NCBI RefSeq assembly: GCF_036321535.1
Contig: NC_087436.1
Span: forward strand, 65,040,001-65,104,000
Source of the DNA: Camelus dromedarius
Taxonomy: Eukaryota
Length of the DNA: 64,000 nt
Reading direction: 5' to 3'
Below, piece by piece: positions 63,346-64,000 of the stretch (positions within the stretch are counted from its first letter, which is position 1; each line of letters begins with the position of its first letter). Made by a program: the position numbers and the translations under genes. The notes under the pieces were generated by a model, which worked only from the letters and a program-made list of their open reading frames with translations, was not told the DNA's origin and ran no database searches.

Positions 63346-64000
63346 TGCCTATTTTTTGTAAAATGAAATGCTCAGCAGTTCTTCTATTTAAATTTGCAGC
63401 CTTTAAATCAAAGATTTAATATGCTTGGTTTTCTTAAAAGTTTCAAAGATGTAGAAAAATAAATGCAACCCTTGCAATGTATCTCCATGATTCCAACCTT
63501 ATTATATCTACAAATAGTTGTAACGTAAATTATCAGTACCACACACTTATGCAATTCTCCTTTATTTTTGTACCAGTACTGCAACTGTACTTACTAAGCA
63601 AGGAAAGCTTTACTTTCCTAAGCAAGGGAGGTAGGGTAGCCATTCTGGCTATGGCTAGTTGACTCTTGATCAGAAACTGGTTGTGTCCCCAAGGTGATTG
63701 AAACTCAGCATGGCATTAATTGTATTGTGTCCCTTCTCAGTTTAAATTTTGCCAGCCACTTCAGTGGCACTTTCCAGATCCTGCCAATAGCAATGGCTTC
63801 CTTCATTTGTGGAACTTAAGTTTTCTTTTTGAAATTCATAGTCTCTGAGTCAGCAGAATTTAAGTTTCCTTTCTTTCAATTTGGCAGCATCCTTTGTATC
63901 ATTAAAAAAATAAAAACCTTTTGACCCTTGCTTAACTCCCTGAAACATTTTTGACTTAGTTTATCTAGGATAGAACAACCAAATCTTTAGGCTTTTATAC

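Noticed and set aside
1..64000. Prokaryotic-type systems (CRISPR arrays, operons, defence islands) and the remaining 60-110 aa ORFs
   Set aside because: The sequence is mammalian and repeat-rich with no repeat-spacer array; the short ORFs are consistent with chance or overlap repeats

Overview
AT-rich mammalian (eutherian) genomic DNA, intronic or intergenic, with no complete host gene visible. Two tRNA-Ala-derived SINEs resembling the camelid vic-1 family suggest a camelid genome (inference). The window is dominated by transposon relics: a young 5'-truncated LINE-1 with an open ORF2 C-terminus and a perfect 17-bp TSD, several L1 3'-end stubs, an old L1M fragment, an ERV1-like provirus with a nested MaLR, many solo LTRs, and L2 and MIR fragments. 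The most unusual object is an ~880-bp TSD-flanked 'mini-L1' (48136-49017) in which the L1 5'UTR is joined directly to the last ~47 nt of the 3'UTR at a splice-like junction, so ORF1 and ORF2 are absent. About 10 of 11 L1 fragments lie on the minus strand, suggesting the intron of a plus-strand gene. Several exon-like islands and one promoter-like motif cluster (~59 kb) could not be assigned to a gene. Repeat family names and the boundaries of old repeats are judged by eye and are approximate.
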